From contig NW_002060943.1 in NCBI RefSeq assembly GCF_000150275.1, forward strand, positions 4,360,008-4,424,007: a stretch of 64,000 nt of DNA. Direction: 5' to 3'. The position numbers and the translations under genes were made by a program. The notes beneath the pieces are model-generated. The model worked only from the letters and a program-made list of their open reading frames with translations, did not search any database and was not told where the DNA came from. The stretch comes from Trichoplax adhaerens (taxonomy: Eukaryota > Animalia > Placozoa). The first letter of the stretch is position 1. Every line of letters starts with the position of its first letter. Of the stretch, positions 40,412 to 52,600 are shown in pieces.

Positions 40412-40923
40412 GTAAATTGTTAGCAAAACGATGTCACTATTAGAAAGTACGGCACTGTAAATTGTTAGCAAAACGATGTCACTACTAGCAAGTACTGTAG
40501 AGTACTGTACTGTATATTGTTAGTAAAACGATGTCACTACCAGCAAGTTGAGTACTGTAAATTGTTAGCAAAACGATTTCACTATTAGAAAGTACGGCAC
40601 TGTAAATTGTTAGCAAAACGATGTCACTACTATCAAGTAGAGTACTGTAAATTGTTAGCAAAACGATGTCACTACTAGCAAGTAGAGTACTGTACTGTAT
40701 ATTGTTAGTAAAACGATGTCACTACCAGCAAGTTGAGTACTGTAAATTGTTAGCAAAACGATGTCACTATTAGAAAGTACGGCACTGTAAATTGTTAGCT
40801 AAACGATGCCACTACTAGCAATTAGCAAGTAGAGTACTGTAAATTGTTAGCAAAACGATGTCACTACTAGCAAGTAGAGTACTGTATATTGTTAGCAAAA
40901 TGATGTCACTACTAGCAAGTACT
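40412..40923 (+). repeat. Minisatellite, 11 units of ~45 bp (GTAAATTGTTAGCAAAACGATGTCACTACTAGCAAGTAGAGTACT)
   Basis: Units are directly visible. Three variant types recur in the order A-B-C-A-B-B-C-A-B-B-C'. Confidence 0.95.
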
Positions 40924-41801
40924 GTACTGTACTATACAGTGTACAGTACTGTAAAGTCATTCTACAGTACAGTACTGTACTGCACGTACTGTACATTGTA
41001 CAATGTACAGCTTGGATTACGACTTAGGCGCTTGCACCTACAGCTTATATTAATTAGCAGCGGCGAGAAAGAAGTTCAAGTCTGTCCGTTGTTATTTCGA
41101 GATATCTATTTGTTTATAGAGGTAATTCATTTTATCAAGGTAACAGAGCTAAGTAACTTCCATTATTGCATCCCTGCATGACCATTTTATATGATACAGC
41201 CATCGTGGAAATTCAATCTTAGTCTGCTATAAATTGTTCAGTAGTATCGTGCGTCATACAACCATTCAATGGTTGAGTACTGTATCGTGGACTACACTAA
41301 TGTACAGTACTGAATGGACAATGTTACCTCATTTATTAATCATTGAAAACTCAATGGTTAGGATAAATTATTCTAGGGATACTTGCTCGATCGATCTGAT
41401 CAATTGTTAGCTTCAGCATTCTTCTGAGTAATAGGAGTCATTTCATCAATATCCAATATTCTTCATTACCTTAATCGCTTACTGAAGTGATCCATTTAGA
41501 ATGTTAATGGTATTGTCTTTCGTTGGACATTAGAAATTGCAGCTTGGTGAAGCGGAGAATGTGGTCTGAATATCAACGTTAAATTAGCCCAACGTATCCA
41601 CTGTCAACATAATACAGCAAATCACTGCTTAAATTGCTACTTATCCTATTGAAGGTATTGAGCTGACCATAGCTTTCAACTTTACCTTTGGAAAATTGAT
41701 CGGCCACATGCTTAATAACAACAATTACCCTAGCCACAAGTAACGCAAATTAATCATTGCTATCCACTAGCTACTACAATCAATCGTTTTACAATTCAGC
41801 A

Positions 41802-44800
41802 ATGGGAGTTCCTGCCTTTTTCCGTTGGCTATCTAAGAAATATCCTTCTATTATAGCATATTGCTATGAAGAAAAGGTATAATTATTTCCATATCTTGCA
41901 TTATAACTGATAATCGCGTATGGTAGTTGTGCAGTATCAGCGATATACTATCATCCATCTAAATCTCCAACTATAGCTCTTACACGATGCATAAGTTCCG
42001 TCCCCTTGTAATAAAGATGTCATAGATATGCATGATAACGTACAACATTCATTTCATAATCAAGTGAATCTTGATGCTAATTTGCATCATCGCGTACTTT
42101 GTACTTTATACGCCAGTATCCATAATGGATTGCATCTCTAGAATAATACAGTACTTATACTGCGGTATTGATGCTAATTTGCACATTCTACTTTGCAAAA
42201 AGAGCGGAAAATTCTATTCGTCCGAACATATGAGATCGATGTATTTATTATGATGCTCAATAGGCTAACAATACCAACGAATATAATCCGTCCATCATTC
42301 GACTTTGCAAAAATAATAGACAATTCCATTAGTGCTAATATATTTGATCGATGTATTTATTTTGATGCTCAATAGGCTAAGAATGCCAATGAGTCCGATC
42401 CGTCCGTCGACGCCACAGGTCCAAATCCTAATGGTGTCGAATTTGATAACCTATATTTGGATATGAACGGAATCATTCATCCCTGCTGCCATCCAGAAGA
42501 CAAGTATATATCTTCATAGAGTCATTGTATTAACTTGAACTAATATGAGCAGTATACTCTAGTCTATAAAGCATCTGCAATCCTTTCTGCATTATGACAT
42601 AAAATCAGATATCTTGAAAAAAAAATTAGATCTTTATCCAATTGCAGTTAACCTAATTGGTAATTCCCCAACCTTGTTGACCTGGGAGTAAATTCCATTG
42701 ATAGGAATATTGCTAGGTGCCAATAGGCACATTATTTTTTTATGATATTAGCGTCAGCTAGGATTATATTGAAAGAATTGTTCATGATGAAATTTTGTTA
42801 CGTATGTAGTTGCATTGGATACTGTAGTAGTAACTATTCTGACTTACTAGGCCCGCTCCTCAAACAGAAGATGACATGATGACTGCTATATTTGATTATA
42901 TTGATCGGTAATGCTATAAAATGATCTTGACTTTTAATGATGTTTTTCAGTGAGATAAATATTGTTAAAAATAGGTTAATAATTTTCATAGGATTTTTAA
43001 CATTGTGCGACCTAGAAAACTGATATACATGGCAATCGATGGAGTTGTAAGGAAATTCCATAGCATAAAGAAAGCATAAATTTGTATTACAGCTGTGAAA
43101 TGGTTCATAAATTGTGTTAATTTTGCCTATTGATCTGTTTGATGTTTGCCTTTAAGGCACCTAAGGCTAAAATGAATCAACAACGTTCTAGGCGATTCCG
43201 TGCCGCTAAGGATACTCGGTAAGTAGTTGTATTTCTTAAAATTGTTATCGTTTTAAAATCATATAGCTCATATTTGTGTTTTTAAGAAATTATCATAATT
43301 TACTTCATGATCTTAGCACTTTATAAGTGATTTTCTTTAGCATGATTTTACTATTAGTTTATCATGGTGATATGTCACAAAGGCCGCGGTTATTTCGACT
43401 CTTATATACCTACATCTCTTTTATTATTTAAGAGAAAAAGTGGAACAAGTTCAAAAAATTCGCGGTGATTTAGCTGATAAAGGTTCGTTACACCATCACT
43501 AGATAATAACGTAATGAGAATAAGTAATAATTATGTAAATGAATTTCAATTATGTTTTTGTAATAACATTTATTAAAGGGTTACTGGAAGATGAGCCTCA
43601 GATATCGAGTTCTACTTCCTTTGATAGTAATTGTATTACTCCGGTAATTATGAATATTATTGTTTGTCACGGAGATAGAGCGATGTTAATAACCGTAATT
43701 CTTGCTCGTAGGGGACAGAATTTATGGCTAAACTAGCTAAGTGTCTTCGCTATTATGTTGCTGACAGACTAAATAATAATCCTGCGTGGAGCAAGATTGC
43801 TGTGAGTCTAACGTATTAATTTATTATGTCAAGTATCATCTTTGAAGTTATTAAACACAAAAATTCGTAGGTTATATTATCGGATGCAAACGTGCCCGGT
43901 GAAGGTGAACATAAAATTATGGATTTTATTCGAAGTCAGAGAGGTTAGTCAAGCATAGAAATAGGGAAGTCATTAAGTAAGAATTGTCCTAAAGGCTTCG
44001 ATTTGATCTATTGTTACTTTCCGATTGATACAGAAAATGAACATTACGATCCTAATATAAGCCACTGTTTATATGGCGCCGACGGTATGTACTATCATGA
44101 ATATTGAAAACGTTTTTAGCAAATTTACGCTTAGCTTAAAATATGGACTATTTCTATAAAACTTATTTGATGTCTACTTTCGTTCCATTACGCAGCTGAT
44201 TTAATTATGCTAGGTACGTATCGTTATCAAGAAAAGACTACGAAATTTTGTTAACAAATTAGTCATATTTGTAACAAATCTACGCTGTATTGTGGATTAT
44301 ATAGGAATGGCGACTCATGAGCCTAACTTTACCATAATTCGTGAAGAATTTGTTCCAAATGCTAAGAAACCTTGTGAAATATGTAATCAATATGGTGAGA
44401 CTGATAGGGATTGCAATTACTGATGATTTGAATTGGTCAAAATCACATTTATCGGAGTAGATACACAGAGGCTCTACATGACTATATTTTCCTATTCATA
44501 CCGATCTCATGAGATTTTTCCGCCCATAAATTTTAGGTCATTCAATGCAGGAATGTACAGGAAAAGCACGTAAAAAGCAAGGATCCGTAAGTATAGTAGT
44601 ACTCTTCGCAAATCGTTTAAAATTTTATGCAGTATCACACTTAATAAACTATCGCCTAATTTCTACTTTAGTTTGCTCTTGATATTGTATTTGAATCAAA
44701 GTTACGCCAATTTTGTTTTTTAATGCATTGTAGTTTGATGAACTGCCTCCTCCTGCACAAGAGAAACAATTTGTATTTGTTCGTTTATCGGTATTACACG

Positions 44801-47800
44801 AGGCAAGCCATATTTAACAGATACTATAGCAATTTTGCTTACCCTAATTTCTAATTTTTTAATTAATCGAGAAAGATTTCTGTATTTGAAATGTATTTTA
44901 ATTTTCATTTGAAAGTATTTAGAAAGAGATTTACGTATTGATGGTTTACCTTTTGAATATGATATCGAGGTAAGAGTTAAATTTGTGCTTAAGGCATTAA
45001 TCATTAAACTCCGTTTCATTATCTTTTGCTACTTATTTACATAGAGAGTCATAGATGACTGGGTTTTTCTATGCTTCTTCGTTGGTAATGACTTTTTACC
45101 GCATTTGCCTTCGCTACAAATAAGGTATTCATTGTTATCGCTAAGCAAAATTGGCTTAAAGATCTGTTTCTTGAAATCGCTATTTCCAAATATATATGAA
45201 TAAATGTTCTTGCAACGCATTTTTATAATGCAGAGAAGGGGCGATAGATCGACTGATCGGAATATATAAGACTATAATTCACTCCGCTGGGGTAAAAATC
45301 CTTATTTTCTAGCACCATCATTTCTATGATTGTTGGTAGTTAACAGATAATGATATTGCAACAGGGTTATCTAACGGAGAATGGCAGAGTAAATTTACGA
45401 AGAGTGCAGTTGTTAATGACTTGTAAGTAGCTAGCAGATTCTTATTTTTGTAGCTCCTAAAGAGCTTCAACTACATTAACAACTGGTGTTATAGCTTTAG
45501 GAAATGTTGAAGATGAAATTCTTAAAAGACGCCTACAGCAGGAGGTAGTTTTCTGCTATAATATTGCTTATTGACTAACATTCGTAAAATAATGTCGTAT
45601 GCACAATACGATTTCTTAATTGTTGCAATTAAATATTAAGGCTGAATATAAACGGAGAGAGAAGGAAAGGCAGAATAGAAATAAGCCGGTACAATATAGC
45701 TGGAATTGTTGATTAAAAATTGTGATTTCACAAGGACATCGAATCTTTAAAATATACTTTGAATTATAATTTATAGTATCAGAATCCTAGACATTATCAG
45801 TCAGGCCCGTTTCATCCTAGGCCTGTTAGTGAATTTAACAAGGATAAGAGGAATTTAAATTCCCAAGATGGTGGAGATCGAAGAGAGTTTATCGATAGAA
45901 GGAATGAAGGCAATTTGGTAAGAACTATTTTCAATAATTTATGAGCTATCGTTAGTCTTAATCTTTTCGAATTTTATTTCATTACGACAGAGTGCTGCCC
46001 AAAAGTTACGTATGCTTTTGGTAAGGGTTATATTTTCGATAAAGCGTCTTGGCATTAAATGATTAGTATTAACCTTATAATTTATTATTAATATATGTAG
46101 AATAGTGATGGGGAATCTTCGAAAAGTGATCCATTACCGGAAAGTAATTCAGCTCCTATCAACAATGAATCTGGGAAACGTACGCGCGGTGAAAGTGAGG
46201 CTTGCGCTGACGATCAAAGTGAGCAAGCTTCAAAAAAATTACGCAAGGCTGAAGAGACAGGTAAAAATGATGTAATGGATGGACAGAAAGACGAGAAGGA
46301 AGACGAAGTTGTGGATGAAATTAGGTTTGTAGTGTAGAAAATATTTTCCTTATCGAGGGTTCTTTCTTCATAGTATTGTCTGTTTGTAAATCATCTTACA
46401 GATTGGGAGAAGAGGGTTGGAAAGAAAGATATTACCTCAATAAATTTCAAGTGTCCACAGAAGATGAGGAGTTCCGAGGCAAAGTTGTAAGTCAAAATTA
46501 CAACGTGTTTAAGAAATTACCTACATTGCCACTGCATGACATTGTACTTCGTAAAATCGATCGTCACATGCTTCTTTAATAAGCAATAAATGCAGCTAAT
46601 GAATAGTTAAGTGAAGTTTAGAATTGATTTTGGAATTTAACAATTCTCCTCTTAAGGTTGCATCATATGTAAAAGGCCTATGTTGGGTTATGCTATATTA
46701 CTATCAGGTTTATAGCTCAGATAAGCAATATTTCCGCTTTTTATCTAATATTCTTAACAGTTTGCACCAATAAAAAGACTAATTTATAGTAATGTTCAAT
46801 GACGAAGGGTTGCCAATGCTGGAAATGGTATTTTGACTACCACTATGCTCCTTTTGCTTCTGATTTTATAAACATCCGCGATATTAATGTCGATTTTGCC
46901 AGTATTAAAATACCGGTGAGAATAATGTGAAAATTATTACAAACATGCATTTCTAAGTCGGTAAAATTGTTATGCTAATGTAGATATTGCAGATTTAATT
47001 TTTTCATTGACTATTCATGATTTGTATCATTAGTTGACACCGTTAGAGCAATTAATGAGTGTGTTTCCGGCTGCAAGTAAGAGCTTTCTTCCGAAATCAT
47101 GGGCCAAACTGATGTTTGACCAAGTATGTATTGTCTAACCTAATCACAAGTTGTTACGTCTATGTCTGTAATTTTTATGCAATTAATATTTTATGTGTAA
47201 AAGGATTCTCCAATCATTGATTTCTATCCTGAAGATTTCAAAATTGACCTTAATGGAAAAAAATATGCTTGGCAAGGTACTAATGTGCTTGTAACATTCT
47301 GGCTAATATTCTGCAGTGATTTGGCTATTAGATTGCATGCATCAACTCTCTTTACGCTTGTCATCGATAGGGGTTGCATTATTGCCTTTTGTTGACGAAG
47401 TGCGACTTAAAGATGCATTAAAGGAATTATATGGAGATTTGACCGAAGAAGAAAGTATGGTTGATGATTACATTGTCATAAAATACAGTACTGATTATCT
47501 GTGCATGCAACCTTTTAATGAGTTTATTATCTGTGTAGTTGAAAGAAATAGCCTAGGATGCGATTACTTGTTTGTAAGCCGTGACCATCCATTATTTACA
47601 TATTTATTTTCAATTGATACTAGCGAAACAGAAAAAGAGGTTTGTAGATGAAATGATATCTCATTGGTAGTTATAGATTTATACCCGTGATTGACAATGA
47701 AATTATTTTATACTAATTAGCCATCACAGTTAATAGAAACTTCATGGAAACAAATATACGGTTCTGTCAAGAAAGATAATCGAGGAATCAACTTAGGCAG

Positions 47801-49063
47801 GTTAGACTAATTTTGCGGTAGAGATTTCAGCGCCATTTGTAGAAATTGCGCCCGCATCTACTAACAGTTGCTACAAATAATTATATTTAGCATTCTTTAT
47901 TCCCCTATTCCATTTTTGAAGAATATTGAAAATAGTAATGCTATAAGGTCAGACGCTTGATTTCAGTGCGAAATAGTTTCATAAATGGAGGCTATATGTC
48001 ACTGTTTCGTAAATCTGATAGATCTTGGATTTAATTTAAATACGAATTTTTTCTTAAAGTGCGAAATATTTACCACCTACATTTCCCGAAGATCATGTTT
48101 ACTTATCTAGAAGGCTAGCTAATGCATGGTAAAAATGTTAGCTTTAACGCATTTGACACAATTAAGCAGATTGAAAAGTAGCAAATTTATACTCTCTATA
48201 GCGTTCCCGCCCGGGTGTTAAAGCCACCTGGTTATGACAGGCGTGGTCATGGAAGATATCGTCCGATGACTGGACTCTCTCGTAATATTCCTCAAGCGCA
48301 AGTACCAGTTTCTGGTCAAAGAATGATCAGGTTATAAGAGTTGTTATCTGTTTCATGTGACAATTCTTTAGTAATACTACTTGTAATACTTTGAATATCA
48401 TAATCAATTTGGGCTTTTATTAGACAAAATTTACCTCGGAACGATTCTTACCACCCTACTCACCAATGGCGCCCTCCGTATTCGGCCGGTAAAATTTACT
48501 TGAACACATTAAATCGATTTATAGGGGATTTGCATAATACTTTATTATCTTTTTCATTGTAACGAGAAGAATCTCAATGGACTATGTACGAAGGAAGTTA
48601 TAACCCTTACAAGTACGCGCTATGAGCAATATTATGATGAAGATGATAACAGTCTCTAATTTTTACTAATCGTAATGGCTATTTTTTATTGTAGCAATGA
48701 GCAATCAGCAGGATACGCGAACGTAAACTGGCAGCGCCCTCCGCCTCAGCATCAGAATAGTCATAACCCATACCATAATCAACACAATAATCCCAGGTAT
48801 TCACGCTGGGATCACCACGACAGGCGTGGTGGTTATGGACATCAGGTCGGCTTCTTCCCTATTTGTAAATATTTTTTAATATGTGCATTAAGCTAACGAT
48901 TGTAATATTTTACCTTGAATACATAATGGTAAGGTCTTGCAATGACTTTCTCCGTATATTTACATTAATCTAGCGCTCGCGTGATGGAAATTATCGAAAC
49001 AATGCTAATCCGAGACCCTCACGTGATGCAACCTATCAACCACCCTATGGGCATGATTTTTAA
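41802..49063 (+). CDS. XRN2: 5'-3' exoribonuclease 2 (Rat1/Xrn2), ~38 exons
   Basis: Successive GT-AG exons give [98 protein letters not shown], the CCHC knuckle [14 protein letters not shown] (Xrn2-type), [26 protein letters not shown] and [21 protein letters not shown]. Low-complexity C-tail; stop at 49061-49063. Confidence 0.97.
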
Positions 49064-49318
49064 TATAGCATATTTGGCTGTAAGATTTAGTTCTTGTGAA
49101 ATGGGATCGATCATTCGCCCTCTTATTGAGATAATCTACTAGTAGCCAATACACAATTGAGCAGAACCCATTTTTCGAAATATTAAAAGGATAGCCTGTT
49201 TTTAATCTGTTTTGCATATTTCAAAAGAAAAAGCGTGAAGAAATTTCTTATATTCTACGTTGTATGTTGTGACCTTCATTTTTATAGCCAACTAGTAAAA
49301 TTATCCTTTGCTTAAAAA

Positions 49319-49390
49319 ATATATATGCATACATATATATATTCGTATATGTATATATGTTATATATACAGTATAATAGATAGATATTTA
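49319..49390. repeat. Degenerate (TA)n-rich microsatellite
   Basis: ATATATGCATACATATATATATTCGTATATGTATATATGTTATATATAC. Confidence 0.6.
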
Positions 49391-51929
49391 CATATTACTG
49401 TACAGTATGCGATCAATCGAAATTTGGCTTTATTTGCATTAATTGATGATGTGAAACAGCGTCGTGCTGTACCATTTGTCGCCAAAAGGAGTAAGATTAT
49501 CATTTTGTATGAGCCCACAATGTATTTGTCTACGTTGGAACCTCTTTATTGCACTGATTCCAATTTCTAATAGTAGACAAGTATTTTAATGATTCGATCG
49601 AAAATAGAAAACTTTGTTGCGCTTACTCTATTTCATAATTTACTTTATGATCGAGAATTATGCGAACGAATATGAAGTTGGTGTTGATCAATCCTATTTC
49701 TGCGACTGTCATACTGTATCCATGTACCGAATTGTAACGTAGATATACAAATTCGGTGACATATTTATAGACTACAGTTTTTTGATGACGTAATTCCAAT
49801 AAGCATGATCTACATTCTGTAATAAAATTCAATTACTTACCAGTCATTCAGCTGAAGAAAATTTTGAATTTCGCTATTTATAATATCAAATATTACTTGT
49901 TTCCGTCAAGTCTTAATGCCAATGATTTGAATTGGCACCGGAATGCGGTATAGAGAATATACTTAAGTTTCAAAGTACGCAACTGACATTAATTAAGTAT
50001 TTTCTGTAAAGCCTACGGAAGCTAGGAAATCTTGCAATCAAATGGAATAGTTATTTTATAGAATGTGTATAGCAATACTATAGTAGATTGCTCGAGGTTT
50101 ACATTGATTTATATATAGTAAAAAGTAAATCATTTTTAGGTGTATGATCTAATTACTAGTTACAACGGAAATTTAAACAGCAAATATCGGAATTATTGCA
50201 AGTGAGATGGTATAGTTCCTATGTTTATACGCGTTAATCTACCAGCCTTAGGGAACATAAACCGGCATATACCTACGGTAGAATTTTACATGATAAAAAT
50301 ACGCTTTCGGTGTATAAATTTACATTCAACTATAATACTTAAAGTCAAATCGATTGGTAAAATGCACTATAGATTTACCTTAAACAAGTAACCCTCGCCA
50401 AAATTGCTGATTTAGAGTAAATTTTTACATTATTTCGAGAAATATAATGACAAGCTACCAACATACAGTTACAGCTGTTCAAGGGTTAACTGATCTAGAC
50501 CAGTAAACATTTGTTCGCAAATTCATTGTTAAGAAATTTATCAATCATAACTTCAATCAGAAAACGCAATAGTAATAATCAATTAACATTTGGGGATTGT
50601 TGTCTACAACACGACAAACTCTAATAATATTTTTAATCACACGACAGTATATCATTACAGTTATTCTACTATCGTAAATTACTACTAGTTATACGCAAGG
50701 AGCATCAAGCTCCGTAACAGATGCCTATCAGTATATTTCGCTTAATGAATTTCTCATGTACCTCATTGACGAACTATTAGCAATTTATCTATCGTTGCAT
50801 TTATATGCGAGTACGAATCTGCTTACTGTTATGGCTTATATAGATGCATTAAAGCGACTGTCATAGGATATTTGAGAATTACGTTCTCGTTCGGTTATTT
50901 ACTATAGTTACAATAATTAATTGTGACGTATTAAAAAGGCAGAATTTTATGAATATCCTTGGAAGCTAGCTATAAATTTCGATATATGGCATTCAGATAT
51001 TTTGCTAGAAAGGCCCGCTGAATCTTTAAATTTGTATATCCAAATATTTTATTATGCGGGAGTCTGTAGTGGTACAATCATCAGACTATTTGCAATATTA
51101 TCATAAGGTCTATTGTAACTAGGCTATCAATGGTCTAAATATATAGCTATCTGCAATATCTCACTTTCAGTTTTTAATGACTTTGGTATTTTGCGTCTAT
51201 ATTTATATATCGATATTAGCTATTGGACTAGATTTATGCATAGGATGATGGCGTGAAATCCGACGTCCTCGAGTCATTTAAAATAGTAAAATGCTAGTGG
51301 TAGCCAAAATATACCTTTTGGTTATAGCTATTGAATTGAAATCATTTTTGTAAGTACTAATGGTGACTTAGTAAGTAACTGGAAGCTTATTAAATAAATA
51401 ATGCTTTATATTACAATTAATTACCGTTAGTAGATCAATACACCAAGTATACTATTAAACCATTTAGGATTAATAATTTACGTTCTGTTGTCTTCTGCAA
51501 TATCGTATACTATATAGCATATAAGCAGTTGATTAGTAGAAAGAAATTACAGAAAGGTTTAATATTACATATCGTATAATTCATAGTTGGCGTACTAGTT
51601 TAGTAATAATCATATATCAGTAAGGTTAAATATGTCTATGGTTAGCTATTATTAATTGAACTGATTGAATAGATAATGTTAAAATTATATATCACAATGG
51701 CAAGACATGCCATTACTGTATTAAGGTTTAATATCGAAATTCTTTTACCGCTGGGATACCATAATTGAATCCTGTCATTAATTTATTTGTAATTATTGAT
51801 TCAACTGGTTTCATCAATAAAGCTCTGTATCGGCTAGAATAGATTGGAAAATCGACGAAAAGATCAAGACTTTTAATACTGAAAGTTGATTATCGCTAGC
51901 ATGCTGCTATATCAGTCGTCATACCCATC

Positions 51930-52600
51930 GATATAGGATTACTAATTATAGATTCCGATTCATTACCTTATCGATAACAGTGATATTACTAGTCCATAGA
52001 CTGATTTCAAATATTGGCAAAGCTTGTACAGGAAATTCTAAATTGTTGCAGTACTAACTTACGTCCATATATAATTGGCCACAACAAAATAACGATATGA
52101 AATTATTAATTATCGATTTCGATCAGATTATCCTATCGACAACATCGATAAGTCCATAGGCTGATTCTAAATGTTGATAAAATCCTCATAAGAAGTTCTA
52201 AATTATTGCCACACTTTTATACTTCCAAATATATGATACGACGGCCAATTAACTATTTCAACCGCAACAACGTAATGATTTGGAATTACTAATATTGATT
52301 TCAATTACATTGTCCCATCGACAACAGAGATATTGCTAGTCCATAATCTGACTTTAAATGTTGACAGAACTGTTACACAAATTTCTAGATTATTGCAGTA
52401 TCAATATTTTTTCATATACGAGGATATATTACGACCAATGATCTTTAGGCGTAACAACATAATGATATGGAATTGTTAATTATTGATTTGAATCCAGTTA
52501 TCCTATCGACAATTGCAATATTGCTGATTTCAAATGTTAGCAGAGCTTCTATAGGAAGTCCTTAATTGTAGTAGGGCCAATATACGTCAATATATATAAA
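51930..52600 (+). repeat. Degenerate tandem array, 4 units of ~165-190 bp
   Basis: The blocks GATAT(A/G)GAATTA..AAT...GATTTC, CCTATCGACAAC, AGTCCATAG.CTGATT..AAATGTTG and TTCTAAATT.TTGC recur in order from ~51930, 52094, 52276 and 52464. Confidence 0.8.

Noticed and set aside
40412-40923. CRISPR-like reading of the 45-bp array, and the ORF at 40858-41181
   Set aside because: Units are contiguous with recurring variants rather than unique spacers, the context is eukaryotic, and there are no cas genes. The ORF is translated repeat sequence.
44720-45220. Minus-strand ORFs inside XRN2, and 33782-33973 inside IRF
   Set aside because: Antisense shadows of real exons.
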